From assembly GCF_964204645.1 (NCBI RefSeq), contig NW_027437430.1, positions 1 to 64,000 of the forward strand: a DNA stretch of 64,000 nt, given 5' to 3'. Position numbers and translations under genes: made by a program. Shown here piece by piece: positions 60,690 to 64,000 of the stretch (the stretch's first letter is position 1; each line of letters starts with the position of its first letter). Source of the DNA: Tubulanus polymorphus (lineage: Eukaryota; Animalia; Nemertea). Under the pieces are notes generated by a model that was not told the DNA's origin, did no database searches, and was given only the letters and a program-made list of their open reading frames with translations.

Positions 60690-63600
60690 CTATTCTGTAA
60701 GAACTTCATTAATCAGCTGTGAATCCTCGCCTAGTATCGAACACAACTCTTTCAAACGGTCTTGCATTTTAGGCATCCCGGACAGGGCAGTTTCCAGGTG
60801 AACTTTCTCCTCTTCAAGAGATACACGCGCAGCGCAATCAAACTGAACAAATTTCCAGCCACCTTCTCCATCAAACTGTAATAAGTGGCTGTGAAATTTC
60901 CTGAAACATACGAAACAGAATTTAGCGCTATGAATTCAACCTTCTCAATAATGGGTACAAAATACCACCCGTACTCACCATAACGATGGACGATGTGTTA
61001 TTGTAAGGAGAATAATTCCATTATCTTTTGCCGTTTGGTAAATTTTACTTTCGACGTCAATAGATACAGCACTTGTACATTCATCTAACAGGGCGAATCT
61101 AGGCCTGAAATGTGATACATACCGGTATCTATAGTCTACAATCTTTAGGTAGCGTGTACATCTATCATATCTCTACTTACTTGTGGTAGAAAAGTCGAGC
61201 CATTCCCATTCGCTGTTTTTCACCACCAGACAAAACATCTTTCCAATCACTCACCGCATCCCAACCTATCGATACATGCAAATATGTGCGTGTAAAATTT
61301 CATAAATCTCGATAAAACATAAAACAAAAGAAAAACTTTCGGTTTGAAACATTGACAATAGTGATTGATGCTTACCCCCTTCTCTATGAACGATATATTG
61401 TAAATTGACTATATCCAGAATGTTTTCCAAGTCGGAATCATTGTAACCTTTGCTGCGCATATCTTCTAATGTATCTGGATACATCACTTGGTCACGTAGA
61501 CTTCCGATAGACATGTACGGTCTGAAAACAAAAACCAAAACTTTCATTTGTACTCGTAAAATACCCTTCTCGAAGATCAGATTTTAAAGGGCAGGTTACC
61601 TCTGAGGTATATAGAACATTCGATATGGTGGTGGTTTATATAGATGTCCATGGTACACTGGCCACAATCCACTCAATATTCGAAATAGTGAACTTTTACC
61701 ACAACCATTCGGACCAGTAATCAATAAATGCATCCCTGATCTAACCTAGAATTAAGTGAGCTAACGTACAACACCTAGTCAACAGCATATTCAGGAAAAT
61801 ATATGTTTTGTACAAAAAATGCTAGTTATTCAAGTCAGGATAGAGCTATATACCTAATAAAACAATGTTGAAATTAATTTACCTCAAAGCTGAGACTATT
61901 GACCACTATATCTCCATTTGGAGTAATGATGGGTACATCTTCTAATACAATGTCTGTCTCTGTGTCTGTCACTTTTCCTGTGAAGAAAGAATTATCAAAC
62001 GTGCGCCATCTATCATGAATTGTCAAAATACATATTCAGTGGTACTCACCCCTCATAACTAGAGAGCTTTCAATCTTATCCTGTGATGTATTGTTTTTAC
62101 CGTTGGTTACAGTAGAGCGAACGTACTTCCCTTCTTTTACATCTTCAAATACGTTGAATAGATCAGCGACACGACTTGTATACCCGGCTAATTCAGTCAC
62201 CTGAACAATCATTTAAAAAATCACCACTCATAAATTTATAATCCAAGGCCATTATTCGTTTAGATAAATATCAATATTTACTGACATCTTTGTAAGAAGA
62301 AATGATGCGTTCAACCGCATCAGCTGAATTTATTAGTAAATTTCGAGCAGTTGTGAATGCCTTTGTTCGTTCGCTCACTCCGCCATCAGGATCATCATCT
62401 ACGTATGAACCTACAATAAAATTCACACAGTTTATAGGCCTAATCCCGTTTCAAGATCCTGGAAAAAACTGTGGGCCTACGCCTAAGAACTCCCAATTTT
62501 CAGTTTTCAACTATAAACCATTTTCATCAAAATTAAGTCAAAAACCGAAAATTCAGAGTTCATTATAAATTCATTCATTATTCATTATTATTATTATCAT
62601 TATCATTATTATCATTAGATTCCAAAATCATTTTGATGGATGGGTTTGACACTTGTGTCCTTATTTGTAACGCATTGCGAATATCTGCCTCTTCTAGTAA
62701 CAAAGTTACACACCATCAGCTTTAACAGCTTTAGCAGTAATTACAGGTACTGCAATTATCATCATTCCAGCTGTACTCCAGATATACTTCATCAGAAACT
62801 GCTCCAACATTATGTACCAAAGTTTCTTCGAAAATATCAAATTCATTTGTTCTGCCAGTAATTTGAAACCTTTAAACAACAAATTCATTTCAACCTGGAA
62901 CAAAATTAAATCGTTAACAGTAAGAATAATCATTAATGTTCTTTCACTAAATGATCGCAAGCGATGAGGTTTGTTAGGTTTTACCTCATGTCCAGCATAA
63001 AAGGCAATCTCTTCAGCATTAGCGATGATCCTCGAATGTAAATAACGCAGATATCCTTTTCTATTTGCTTCTTCAGCGACCAGTTTACCAAATGTTGGAG
63101 AAACAAATTTCAGTATTTGTCCAGTACATAAGACGACAGAAGTAGCTATAACTGCTGGTATTTTAGAACTAGCCCCACGACTACGCGCTAATTGAAACAA
63201 GGCAAAGTTAATAAGAGCTACATCTAATATGGGTTTTGTTAGATGGGAATACAAATGAGACAGAGTTGAGGTAAACATAGTAATATCCTCTGTAAGACAT
63301 TGATCAACATTGGCTAAACGTCCATCTAAATTGCTAACTCTATAATACGTCTGCTCTTTAAAATAAGCTCTATACGCATGTTTTACTAGTTTTGAACGTA
63401 AAGCAAGCGCTAGTTTGTTTTCAAAGAAGCGTATAAGACTGTTGATAAATGTTGCAGGAACAGCAATAAGTAACCATTTCATAACTTCAATAGCAAACTT
63501 CATCACATTTTTCTGGACAATAGCTTTCACAATTCTACCGTCCAATTTGGCAACGTAAATGGACAGAAAGGTGCGGGTAATTAATGAGGTGGTGTGGAGA

Positions 63601-63956
63601 ACCAGGATCCCAAATTCCTTTGACAGCGGTCCAGGTATCATTATCTTAATCAATTTCTTCAGCTGCTTTAAGAATAATTTATTGACAGCTGGTGAATTCT
63701 TCTTTTGTAGATTATTGGAAATAATTTGACAGTCATTTTTGTTTTCCGTTCGTTTGACGTTGTTTTGAATCGACGGCGAAGATGAAGATGTGATCTGATG
63801 ATTGTCGATGTCATCGCGTGACTTCCGGGTTCCAGACAGCAGGATCGGATATAGCTTTTTAACGCTGTATACCGCAAATATCGCTACCGCAGCACCCCCA
63901 GCCAGCTTCCCACAAGCGGCTTTATTTTTCTGACTCATTTGAAGCAGTCTAGACAT
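60690..63956 (-). CDS. ABCD2: Peroxisomal ABC half-transporter ABCD1/ABCD2-like; multi-exon
   Basis: [25 protein letters not shown] motif [13 protein letters not shown], Walker [63 protein letters not shown]; first in-frame ATG at 63956 (5' end near window edge); ABCD1 vs ABCD2 not separable in invertebrates. Confidence 0.9.
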
Positions 63957-64000
63957 CTTTGGAAGGGCAGAAGGACACAATTTCAAACATAATTTGACAG

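Overview
AT-rich, intron-containing invertebrate (metazoan) genomic DNA. The first 12.1 kb is one apparently intact DNA transposon bounded by 44-bp terminal inverted repeats (7-50 and 12066-12109, 43/44 identical). It carries a 1915-codon ORF encoding Ulp1/SENP-like protease - Ser/Thr/Pro repeats - GATA finger - Mutator(MULE)-like DDE core - SWIM - two C2H2 fingers - PHD finger. Reading the minus strand by hand, I found ten further small GT-AG exons upstream that encode a complete SGNH/GDSL esterase and a zinc finger and splice in phase into that ORF, predicting one polyprotein of at least ~2230 aa. This element is the best candidate for an undescribed system. The rest is a compact run of host genes: PCIF1/CAPAM (+), a WWE-WWE-WGR PARP2-like gene (-), a Venus kinase receptor with an extra betaine-binding-protein-like N-terminal module (+), scratch (-, SNAG exon missed by the ORF track), a two-domain phosphoethanolamine N-methyltransferase (-), an SLC18B1-like MFS transporter (-) and ABCD1/2 (-). 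There are also several MITE families and two 36-37 bp inserts with 7-bp target duplications that look like P-type excision footprints. All domain calls are from motif recognition by eye; no searches were run.
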